NCBI RefSeq assembly: GCF_000143415.4
Contig: NW_003314351.1
Coordinates: 290,142-354,141 of the forward strand
Length of the DNA: 64,000 nt
Reading direction: 5' to 3'
DNA from: Selaginella moellendorffii
Lineage: Eukaryota > Plantae > Lycopodiophyta
The position numbers were made by a program, and so were the translations under genes. Below are positions 24,122-34,500 of the stretch, in pieces. The stretch's first letter is position 1. Each line of letters begins with the position of its first letter. Under the pieces are notes generated by a model. The model was not told the origin of the DNA. It was given only the letters and a program-made list of their open reading frames with translations, and searched no databases.

Positions 24122-24221
24122 GACGACACCACTATAGCTTCTGCCCTAAAAATCAAACAATAGGTTGGCCTTTGCTCTCTTTTTTATTCCCATTTTTTCG
24201 CAAATCTATATCGCCAATCAA

Positions 24222-26048
24222 TCAGCCTGTAGACGAAATGGCCTTGGTCCAGCACCACACCTTGACATCCCCAGAACTCTCTCCGGAGAAAACCAGCCCT
24301 CCAGGGCCGCCTTGCAAAACTCTCACTTCGTCTCGAGAGAACAAAACTCCTCGCTCGTTAAAACTGCGAACAAAGCAGCGCCTGGTAAGTTTGAGTGACT
24401 CGCAGCCCAGAGTTTGCTGGAGAACTTACGTTGGAAGATCATACAGTCTCACAGTGTTGTCGTTGTATGAACACAAGAGCACTGGCTTCCCTTGCGCATC
24501 GACTGTACCGCACAAAGCCAGAGCACCCTGAGCGAAAAGAGAAGATTCACATAAACGAAAAAAACTTGCAAGAACTTGCAAAGCTTACATCGAGTTCGTC
24601 TCCCTGATCATCTTCAGGGTACGTGTAGGTGACTTCTAATCCACTTGGAGTGGCCGCCCAGACCTGGAGCAAAACGAAAACAGCGTCAAAACACATCGCT
24701 AGCAAGACTCTGAGACGACTTACTTTTATATACCCGTCCAAAGAACACGATAACAAAAATTGCTCCCAGCAAAGCAGGCTCATAACTACATTAGAATGGC
24801 CATGAAGAGTAAATAAGCACTCTCTGGTGGCGATGTTCCATACCTGTTCATGAAAATGTAATACTTTCGTTTTTTCACACCAAACCAATCTGATACACTA
24901 CCCGAATGGACTTATCCGTGGACCCGGAATAGAGTCTGCCGCCAGCAGCTTGCAGTGTTACAACAGCACCGGCGTGGCCATACAAACCATACGCCGGCTG
25001 GAAAGCATTTACCGCCGTGTTGTATTTCCAAGCCAGAATGCTTCCGTCCTTCAAAACATCTTGTTAGCAAACCATCCACTTCGGTTTTGCTTTGAAAGAT
25101 TGGCTTACTTACTTGAGAACCGGCAAACAAAGTATCCTCGCAGACAGCCAAAGCATAAACTTGACCTTTGGGGCCGTCCAGACTTTGCTGAGCATTGGTT
25201 TGCATGTTCCATGCCTGCGAGAACAGAATTTTACGCATGAGGCATCGAAGTTAAAGCACTGTCATGACAGAAAAAAGAATTCTCACCCGGACTTCGTTCG
25301 GAAGCCCGACAAACAGCCATCCAGAAGCGATAAGTAGTGACTCCACCTCAGATCCCATAGGAACAGTGGTTGTACACTGCAACCAAAGGGGAAGAGATAG
25401 CAAAGTCAATACGAAAACTCTTATAAGCATCTGGACGCAAACCTTTCCGTCGTCGCTGTTCCACACTTTGACGGACTTGTCCTGGCCTCCCGTGTATAAC
25501 GAAGAAGATAATGCGATTCCTTTCACGGCCTGCGAAGAGGTAAAAGCGATCAAACACCGATGCGAAGAACAAGAGAAACGAGAAAGAGATAAGTCCGAGT
25601 CTACCTTGGTGTGGCCTGTGAGCTGGGTCATCATCTCCATCTCTGTAGTAGTGCTGTAGGAATGAAGAAAATTGCATTGGCTACCACGATTGCAGTCGCC
25701 TTTCATCCAAAATATACAAGGCTTGTCCCTGGGACGTGGTCTCCCACCGTCTGTGAAAATCCCCCGGCCGCCACCGCCACCGCCGCCGCCTCCGCCTCTC
25801 CGCCCGCGAGGCTTCCCCCATCGCCGCCCCTCAACTACATTGTTGTGCCGCTTGCTTCCTACGAGAAAATTATCGCCATCGAGCCTCCCGGATGTTCCAG
25901 GGCCCGACGAGTGGAGCCACTGGCAGCTATCGCCCTTGTTGCATCGGCCTTCTTGCCAGTATCTACACACCTGGGGGATGCGATGGCTGGAAATGTGGCG
26001 CTTGCCGCCAACCCTAGCGGGGCCGTCGTCCACCTCCATGCCGGCCAT
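24222..26048 (-). CDS. CCCH zinc-finger WD40-repeat protein (ZFWD family), multi-exon
   Basis: Two CCCH fingers (CRYWQEGRCNKGDSCQWLH; CIFWMKGDCNRGSQCNFLH) followed by WD40 exons (GHSNVVMSLLCWEQFLLSCSLDGYIKVW). Stop at 24222. Confidence 0.9.
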
Positions 26049-26215
26049 CGCTCCTCATCGCCGCCATCGATCGCAATGCGCCATGCCCTACAAACCCTAG
26101 CTCTCGGCTCGTCCTCGCCTTTCTAGGGTTTTTCAAAGGGAATCATTCTAAATGCTTTTCGTGTTCTTCGAGCTCGTGTCGAGGGTTTTCTTTCTTTCTC
26201 TCTCTCTCGCCGCCC

Positions 26216-26729
26216 TCACACGGCGTGTTCTTCCGGGCGCTCCTGCCATCGATGCGTGCAGTGGCAGCACGCGAAGAAGAGGCTCACCAGCAGCTCGCCA
26301 GGAGGCCTGGCCTGGAAATTCCAGTCGATTAGCAGCGGCAATCGCAATCGCGGCGCGATCTTGATTCTTACCTTCCAGAATCTGGCGTCGCATTGCCCGC
26401 ATTTGGGGCATCGCGCGTTGCGAGTGCGCGGGAGGATCGCGGGCATCGTCTTGTCCTCGGATGGCTTCTGGATCACCTTGTGGTATGTCACGTTGTCCGC
26501 GGCTTCTTCCTGCTCAATCGATTTGGGCCCAAGAATCTCACTGGGATTGTGATTTTAGGGGCGAAATCTCTCACCTTGTGAGGGCAATCTGGGCACGACC
26601 AGAGCAGGATCTTTCTCTCGGCATCTTCCTCGGGATCCAGGAGGCTCTCGCTGGAGAAGAAGCACACAGGGTGAAGGAAAAGCCCCAAGATCTAAGGTAC
26701 CAGTAGGGGCAGAACCGATTGACGCTCAT
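26216..26729 (-). CDS. Divergent RNA polymerase subunit RPB9-like protein (two Zn ribbons), 4 exons
   Basis: Spliced MSVNRFCPYC|ESLLDPEEDAERKILLWSCPDCPHK|EEAADN...LPRTRNARCPKCGQCDARFWK|ARPPGELLVSLFFACCHCTHRW. Cys pattern and intron positions resemble plant NRPB9. Confidence 0.78.
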
Positions 26730-26750
26730 CCGGATCCTAGAAGAACTCTT

Positions 26751-26792
26751 AAACCCTAGCTTTTTCTCGAGGGCGGGAAATTTCTAGGGTTT
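26751..26792. promoter_or_regulatory. Bidirectional mini-promoter: inverted telo-box-like motifs flanking an E2F site
   Basis: AAACCCTAG (26751-59), GGCGGGAAA (26772-80; reverse complement TTTCCCGCC is the canonical plant E2F site) and CTAGGGTTT (26784-92), between divergent ATGs at 26729 and 26798. Confidence 0.65.
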
Positions 26793-26797
26793 TCTCG

Positions 26798-27809
26798 ATG
26801 GCGGAGTTTTTGGCGCTTCGATGCTACGCGTGCAAAATGTTCCAGGTACTTGAGAATCTTTTCTTGAGCTTTTGATCGAGCTAACCTCGCGTTCGCTTTG
26901 CAGGTGAAGCCACGGAAGAAATCCAGCAGCAAATGGTGTTGTAGCGTTTGCAATGAGAAGCAATCGGTCACCAAGGTCTATGGAAGCTCTGGCGCTGCAA
27001 AGAAAATTCGAGAGCTGGTCCAAACGCTGAATTACTCCACTCTAGCGCAGCAGCAAGATCACTTTGAACCGAACGACGTTGGAGATCTCACCACACAAGA
27101 GAATGGACAAAGCGAAGTTGGAGAAAAGAATGTCCATGGTTACGAAACTAAGCCAAGCAAATGGGCCGAGTACTTGGAGACCGAGGTGAGTCTCTAGTTG
27201 ATTATTTTGTTCTCTCCTTTATCTAATCGCAACACTTGGTAGGACTCACAGGTTGAATCTCGTGCTGGTGACGAGGATCCGAAGTACGTGACTTTTATCC
27301 CAGAGAGTGCCATGAAACGGAAAAGAACGGAGAGGTTGCACGACGAAGTAGCGTGTTACGAATGTGATGGGCTTGATGGTCCGCTCAAAGCACATTCAGC
27401 TTCAAGCGAGAAGAACACCAAAAAGACGACCTTTGCGACTGGTAGTAAGCTGCACGGAGCTGAATACCTGGGAAAGGAAAATGTTCCTGTGAAGAACGAC
27501 CGGAACTCGGGAACATGGAGCAACTGCGGCACGAAGTCTGAAACAGGGCGCTGTTTGGATGAGTGGAGAAACCAAAATACTGGTGGACTCCAGTCTTCTA
27601 GCACAACAAGGACAGTCTCGAGCAAATGGAGGAAGTATCTAGAGACCGATGAAACAAAGAGCCAGTACGTGGAGCCTGATACGGACAGAGCTCAGTCTTG
27701 TAGCCGAAAGTGGTTCCATCCGCAGCAGCCAAGCGTGCCTGAAGATGCCTTGCACACAGAGCTCGCGGACGAACTTGTGACAGAGGACATTCATCCCTCG
27801 TTTCTTTAG
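26798..27809 (+). CDS. MRNIP: MRN complex-interacting protein (MRNIP/UPF0544), 3 exons
   Basis: MAEFLALRCYACKMFQ|VKPRKKSSSKWCCSVCNEKQSVTKVY...AKKIRELVQTLN, repeated SKW..YL motifs and a C-terminal VTEDIHPSFL. Confidence 0.85.
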
Positions 27810-27977
27810 TCAGGTGCGACAAGGTGAAGAGTCCAAGCCAAGAAAGAGTTCTCCAACTCGACTATTCCAACCTCAACAAACACAACCTACATTACAATCA
27901 AATCAGATCATGTATTGATCTTTAAAACGAGGACGCCTGCTGGTTCTGAGAGTGGCACATAATTTCCAGACACTGCA

Positions 27978-28579
27978 ATGTCTTGCTTTAAACTCCTGAT
28001 CACACTTCTCCTAGCAGCGACATTAACAATGGTGAGTAAAGCTCAAATATCCCTTGCTAAGTTGTTGCCAAATGTTTTCCTTTCTTTCAACAGGCAATAT
28101 CTCATGACGATCCAAAGTGCTGCAACAAGCCCAGAAAGCTGACCCTCAATTTCTACTTCCACATCATACAAGAGCAGACCAATTCCTCTCTCATCATCTC
28201 CATCAAACCTGCTGCTCCCAACTCCACAACTCTAGAGTTCAACTACAAAATGACAGAGGGCCCCGAATACAACTCAAAACAGATTGGAAGCTTCATAGGA
28301 TTCCAGTCTGTATGGCGCCAAACACCAGACCTCCTCTTCATTACAGGCACATTTTATTTCACTAATGGATCACACTTTGAGATCCAGGGACCTGTAAACT
28401 TGCAGCTCCCCACTCGAAGACTCCCTGTTACTGGTGGAGTCGGTTTTGGTGGGTTACCAGATGATAACAATCCTGCAATTATCAATGGCATTGAAATTGC
28501 AACCCCAGTGCAAACTTATGGTCTCAACATTGTTGAGAAGGTGGTTACCAAGCTCTATATTTTCACCCCACCAGTTTAA
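27978..28579 (+). CDS. Divergent dirigent-like secreted protein, 2 exons
   Basis: Signal-peptide exon, then LTLNFYFH, MTEGPEYNSKQIGSFIG, NGSHFEIQG and RRLPVTGGVGF, which are degenerate dirigent motifs. Confidence 0.65.
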
Positions 28580-29173
28580 ATACCACTAGTTCAGCGCTCT
28601 TTGAATCTCTAACTTAATAAAAGAGGGAAATTTTCTTGGTACATTATTGCGAACGAAATTTTTTCAAAAGGAATCATATTTCACCAGTAAAAATACTATT
28701 CGGACTTTAGAAGTGTGAAACAAATACGACCCTTGGAAAACTCCTTGCAGTAGAATGCCTTCACGCTCATCCAATGCCGCTAACATAAATGGTGAGTGAC
28801 TTTCTACGTCATAGAAAGCAAACAAATACCTCGCACGTCATGGTTGGGAATTTCATGGCATCTTTTACTTTAATCACCTAATGGCAAAAATCCAACTCTT
28901 GTAGTGGTATCCTACATGGCCGAATCTAACAAAGCTTCAGAAGAGGCTGTGTTAAAAGTTTGCCGTGTACTCCACTTCCACTTCGGATTTTCTCGATCCA
29001 CTTGGCTGAAAATATAAAAAGCCACGCGGCACTTTCGCATTGAGGTAAAAAAAGAAAGCCGCCAAATTACCTCGTTTGTTGGTTCTTGACTTGGCTTGCG
29101 TTGCGCGAGCGTTACGTGATTTAGGGCCGCAAGCGATGGTGGCCTGCGAGGAATAGTGAGGCTATACTTTCCC

Positions 29174-30592
29174 ATGGAAAGCCTCGGCTGCAAAGCAGCA
29201 ATTTCTCACCTCGGCTGTGCGGCCGCACCGAGAATCGCAAGATCGCTATTACCAGGTTTGCGAATCCCTGTAAGTCCCTTGAAGCATGGTAGATCCCTCT
29301 TGATCAGAGCTTCATCACCTGGAAACCTCCCTGTAAGCAATGGTAACGGTCAGAGAAAGAAAAATGACGCTCTCCAAGAGACAATCTTTCAGCTAGAGGG
29401 GCTGTTGAAAGAACCTGGTGAGGTGTTGAATGACATCGGCGAACAGCTCTCAGCCAAGGACTTGCAGCTCGTTCTCTCTTACTTTGCGGAAGAAGGTAGA
29501 GATTCTTGGTTTGCGCTGGAAGTCTTCGAGTGGATGCAAAAAACCAACCGAGTGGAAAATGACACACACCAATTGATGATGTCGATCATGGTGAATTGGG
29601 CGATGAAGCTGGTGGAACAAGAGAAACCTGTGGAACAAGTGAAAGCGCTGTTAGAAGACATGTACTGCGTGGGCCTAACTCCAGAATCGCGCATTATGCA
29701 CTCTATAGTAGCTGCCTACTGGGAAAAAGGAAAGGCGTCCGAGGCACTTACTTTTGTAAAGGAGGTGATGAGCTCCAAGTGGTACCAAGACCGAGCTGAC
29801 GATCCTCTACAATATCTCATCGTAAAGATGGTCTCCAGCAAGCAATCCAAGCAGGCGATTCGACTAGTGACCGAGGTCCGAAATGGTGGTCTACTGTTGA
29901 AAGGCACAACGTACAGCGCTGCGATGCTGGCTGCAGTTCACGAACAAGAGCAGCTGAGCTTTGCTGTTCACCAGCTGCGAAAGTATCAGAAGAAAGGCGT
30001 CATTAGCATCGAAGGCAGCGACAAGTCCATAAGAACTTACGAGGCATCGTTGCATCGTCAAGCCGAGCAGTTTACTCAATGGGCAGCCGAGGACGAGCAG
30101 CCGCAGGAACTTATGCCGACGATCTACGAAAGACTGCTAGCAATGTACTGTCTGGCAGGCAAAGGTCTCGATGCGGAGCGTAGCTTGTGGAAGCTGAAGC
30201 TGGCAGGACGGTCCCCAGCTCCGTCCATGTTCAACACGATACTCGGCATATGTGCTTTCAATAACCGAGCCGAAGACGCTTATCGGATCTTTGGAAAGAT
30301 GGAAGCGTCGGGAAGAGAAGCGACCAAGTTAACCTTCTCCGTGCTGATTGGAGGCTTCATCAAAGGTGGTAATCCCGCTGAGGCAGCTTCGGCCATGTCT
30401 AAGATGTTGGAGCGAGGACTTCGGCCGGAGGTGCCAGAGATGCTTGTCGTGCTGAGGTCTTTGCGGAGCGCTGACATGGTGCCGTTGTATATGAAGCTTG
30501 CCAAAACTCTCTCCGACGAAGGACTGATGGAGCCTCGCATCATGTACTTTTACATCGACTCGATCAAGCTCTGTATCATCCGCCTGTTGTGA
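29174..30592 (+). CDS. P-class PPR protein, chloroplast (At2g30100-like)
   Basis: Transit-peptide-like N-terminus, DLQLVLSYFAEEGRDSWFALEVFEW, and C-terminal P motifs. Confidence 0.8.
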   Translation: MESLGCKAAISHLGCAAAPRIARSLLPGLRIPVSPLKHGRSLLIRASSPGNLPVSNGNGQRKKNDALQETIFQLEGLLKEPGEVLNDIGEQLSAKDLQLVLSYFAEEGRDSWFALEVFEWMQKTNRVENDTHQLMMSIMVNWAMKLVEQEKPVEQVKALLEDMYCVGLTPESRIMHSIVAAYWEKGKASEALTFVKEVMSSKWYQDRADDPLQYLIVKMVSSKQSKQAIRLVTEVRNGGLLLKGTTYSAAMLAAVHEQEQLSFAVHQLRKYQKKGVISIEGSDKSIRTYEASLHRQAEQFTQWAAEDEQPQELMPTIYERLLAMYCLAGKGLDAERSLWKLKLAGRSPAPSMFNTILGICAFNNRAEDAYRIFGKMEASGREATKLTFSVLIGGFIKGGNPAEAASAMSKMLERGLRPEVPEMLVVLRSLRSADMVPLYMKLAKTLSDEGLMEPRIMYFYIDSIKLCIIRLL

Positions 30593-30619
30593 ATCCTTGT
30601 GAAAATAAATAAACTCCCT

Positions 30620-31350
30620 TGACTCCACCTTCTCGCGCCTGGCTAAAGAAACGACGGATGAATGTCGTCTGTCACAAGTTCGTCCGCGAGGCATCTTCAG
30701 GTACGCTTAGATTCTCCGGAAGGAACCACTTTCTGCTAGAAACTGAGCTCTGCCCTGCAAATCCGTATCACGATCCTCTTTGTTTCATCGGTCCCCAGAT
30801 ACTTCCTCCATTTGCTCGAAACTGTCCTTGTTTCAGTCCTTCTGCTAGCTCCACCAGCATTCTGCTTTCTGCGGTCCCTGTTTCAGACTCAGTGCCGCAT
30901 CTTCCCGAATTCCGGTCGTTCTCCACAGAGACACTTTCCTTTCCGCACGAGCTTCAAACTGTGAATCCTGCGAAGTGTTGCAATCAGAAAAAGGAGAAGA
31001 GAACAAAAGCAATTTATCAGAGAGACTCACCCCGGCCTCTAAGAACTCGGTCCATTTGCTTGGCTCAGTTTCATTACCATGGACATACTTTCTCCACCTT
31101 CATACTCTTGTGTGGTGAGATCTCCCACGTCATTCGGCTCAAAGTGATCTTGCTGGTGCGCTAGAGTGGAGTACTTCAGCGTTTGGACCAGCTCTCGAAT
31201 TTTCTTTGCAGCGCCAGAGCGTTCCATTGGTGACCGCATTGCAAACGCTACAGCACCATTTGCTTTTTTCCGTGGATTGACCTGCACGAGGTTAGCTCGA
31301 GGTTTTCCATAACGTACCTGGAACATTTTGCACGCGTAACATCGCCACCC
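30620..31350 (-). pseudogene. Inverted, deletion-riddled copy of MRNIP
   Basis: Reverse complement matches about 26800-27830 (e.g. AAKKIRELVQTL.YSTLA.QQDHFEPNDVGDLTTQE); intron ends retained; many small deletions. Confidence 0.88.
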
Positions 31351-31369
31351 GAGAAATTTTGAGCTTCCG

Positions 31370-31545
31370 GCTGGTACCTTAGATCTTGGAGCTTTCTTCG
31401 GTCACGGCGACGCAGCATTCTTGAGATAATAGCAGAGAGTGCGAATGCCGCTGCTAATCAACCGAGATTTCCAGGAGCTCCTGGCGAATTGCTGCCCAGC
31501 CTCTTGCACGGATCGTGGGCAAGCGTGAGAGGGAGAAACCCTCGT
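31370..31545 (+). pseudogene. Remnants of the RPB9-like gene (same inverted duplication)
   Basis: CTGGTACCTTAGATCTTGG and GCCGCTGCTAATC..GATTTCCAGG..CTCCTGGCGA match the reverse complement of about 26685-26703 and 26290-26340. Confidence 0.7.
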
Positions 31546-31654
31546 TGCAAAATGGTATAACCCTAGGTGATCATATAGTATTCATATTCCGTCAGCATGT
31601 TGTTACTTTTGATTTGTAGGATTCACTTCGATCGGAGTGCTGGACGTGCTATTC

Positions 31655-31985
31655 GGACAAGCCGAGTCCATCTGCCCGGCAACTTTTATACTTTTTAGGA
31701 TCCATTGCTGCCAGTGTCGGGAAGTCGATCGGAGTGCTGGACGTGCTATTCGGTCTGCCCGGCAACTTTTATACGTTCGTTAGTGTGGTTTCATTCCGGT
31801 GACTCTGCCGTGACTGACGAGCTCGTCGAGATTATCCGTGATTCTCCTCGAGAGTGGCGCGGCCGACGTGTTTCTAGATTTCATCGGCTACTCTGGCGGA
31901 CATTTGCCGGAAGAAATGCCTCCCAGAGTCCAGGCAAGTCACAGACGCCCTCCTTGATGTGTGCCTGGAAATCGCTGACGATCAA
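31655..31985 (+). pseudogene. Fragments of the alpha/beta-hydrolase gene at 39.7-41.1 kb
   Basis: GACAAGCCGAGTCCA..GCCCGGCAACTTTTATAC matches 40141-40185; 31801-31985 closely matches about 40684-40869, including intron sequence. Confidence 0.88.
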
Positions 31986-32209
31986 CAGCCGCGAGGCAAG
32001 AGATTCTGTCGACTCAGCTGCAGGTGTTTCGATCAAAAAGGCCTCGTACTTTCTAGATTCTGGTGAAAAGCATTTGGCTGACCACCTCCATAGCTCCTGA
32101 CGGTGGCTTCCACAAAACTTTCGAGTGTTTCCTTTCAGCTCTCGTGACAGAGCTGCTTAAAGGCAAAACATAAGTTATGATCGAAAATATGGTAGCAAAA
32201 ACTTTCTCA

Positions 32210-33529
32210 TCAGAGTGCGGTATAGCCTTCCTTGTGCACAATTTGAGCTAAAGATGAATCTCCTGTTCTTACAATCCTCCCGTTGTCCTGTTCGAGTACA
32301 CAAACACGAAGCATCAAGAATTGAATTTTTTTTATGGGGGCGTTTGTACCATGATGTGGACATAGTCTGGGTGGATGTAGTCGAGTAGTCTTTCGTGGTG
32401 AGTGATCATCAGCACTGCATTCTTGCTTGTTCTGAGGCCGTTGATAGCGTTTGCCACGTCTCGTAATGCATCCACATCCAGTCCCGAGTCGATCTCATCG
32501 AGCAGTGCCAAATCTGCTTCTAAAACCTGGCAAACGAAAGGTACGAACAAACGGTCTTAAAAAAGAGAGAAAGAGAGAGAGAGAGAAAAAAACACAAGTC
32601 GCAGTACCGCGAGTTGCAATATCTCGTTCCTCTTCTTCTCGCCACCACTGAATCCCTCGTTCACGTTCCGGTTCAAGAACGTCGGGCTCATGTTCAGCGC
32701 TTTGAGCTTCGGCATAAGGTGCGCGAAGAACTGCAATAGCAGACAATCTCACCTAAAGTTTCACCATCTACAAAAATCACACAAACCTCGAGCGGAGGAA
32801 GCTCCGGCTTATTCAAAGCCGCTCGCCTGGCATTGCACGCCATCCTCAAGAACTCGTCGTTGCTAACGCCAGGCACTTCGATCGGCGACTGGAAGCTCAT
32901 AAACAACCCGGCATGACTTCTCTCCTCCGGCTCCTTGTCAAACAGATTCTCGTTTTTAAAACCCGCGCTGCCGGCAGTGACTTCGTAGTCGGGGTGACCA
33001 ACGAGAACCTGGAAAACACGCATCAACAAACGAGGTACAAAAAGAATAAGAGAGCTTACCTTCGCAAATGTGCTCTTTCCCGACCCATTCTTTCCCATGA
33101 TCGCATGGACCTGTGAGAGAGTTCACGCAATCAGCTCCACTACTTTGCAAACTCTTCGCTACCTCGCAATGGAAACTAGAACGCCGAAAAACGCACCTCA
33201 CCTTCGCGAATTGTCAAATCCACGCCTCGCAGGATCTCCGTCTCGGAATCCGCCACCCGCGCCTTGAGATCCCTCACCTCCAGCAGCACCGCGCCGGCCT
33301 TGCTCGAATCAGCGGAATCCCTGAGCTCCTCCTGCGCCACAGCCATGGCCAGGGCACACCCCGGATTCAAACCCCGCGCCAGAGAGATAGAGACACCACT
33401 CCGCCGCATTCCAATCGGCATCTGGATCACGGACCTCTGCGAGATCTTTGCCGACGGAGATTTCCTCGAGAATTCCGCCAGCGGCTGCGCCAGGGAGCTG
33501 CAGCTCGACGACGAGCACGCCATGACCAT
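32210..33529 (-). CDS. SUFC: Plastid SufC / ABCI6 (NAP7) Fe-S cluster assembly ATPase, multi-exon
   Basis: Walker [23 protein letters not shown], signature [18 protein letters not shown], Walker [15 protein letters not shown], and [11 protein letters not shown]. Confidence 0.95.
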
Positions 33530-33819
33530 CACAAAACCTAAAACAGGGGATTCTACTTCCCTAAAGGAATCTTAAATAATTGGAATGTTTGTTTAAGCAC
33601 AAGAATATTCTTAATAAGGTTTTTAAAATTTAGGCGCGAAAGGGCGAGGGTTAAGGTTTAGCAAAACGTTGTTGTTTCAGACATTGAGACTCTTTTTTCT
33701 ACCGTTACCCAATGCTTGGTTATCTATGATCTTGCTAGAAGATCCTTTTCTAGCGGATGGCCTGATAACTCGTAACTCTCTCAGTAGCTGAGGAGAACCA
33801 ACACTTCGCTGAGGACTCA

Positions 33820-34500
33820 TCATACGAATTTAAGAATCGTCCTCTGCTGCCTCCTGACTGCTGAAATGGTAAATTGCCTTCTATCTCCCAAACTCTTCAC
33901 TGCTTTTACACTGCTGTAGGAATGGTAAACAAAAGTTTGTAAACTCCATGAAGGTGGTGTGCCACTTCCATTGCATTGCATCGGTTCTAATCTTGCAAAT
34001 GTTAAAACAAGTGCTGGTTGACTACAAATCTGCCATATATAAGATGATTTTATCTTTTGAATTCTCAAGCACCAGCTTGATACCATCTGGTATGCATTGG
34101 CATTGAGTCAGGGCATCTGGGAGCAACCCAAGGTCATTTTCACTCCCCTACGCAAAGAGGACCCAGGTTAATGAAATTAATTTATGTGGTTATCTTGGGT
34201 TTAGTCAACTAATGTTGACTAGAACTGGTCAAATTTGAGTCAACCATAGCTGTGACGAAGGCGCTAGTCAAACTCGAGTCAATTCGTGACGTGTCCGAAA
34301 ATGTTCAAGAACGGTTAAGTGCACGAGAAAGTTCTCTAAAAGTTCTATGCTTTCTAGATTAACTGTTCCACGTTCAAGATCCTTTTGAGATCATATGAGG
34401 TGTGTAAAGAGTTCCCCATTGACATCTCGGTGAAGCTGAGCATGCATCGTTGCCTCCATGGAAGAGCAAGCTCTGGGATGAGTCCGAGAAACCGGTAATA
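33820..34500 (-). mobile_element. Possible degenerate LTR-retrotransposon remnant (PBS-like site plus LTR-like segment)
   Basis: GCTTGATACCA at about 34074-84 (reverse complement TGGTATCAAGC, close to the tRNA-iMet PBS) followed by TG. No second LTR found. Confidence 0.3.
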
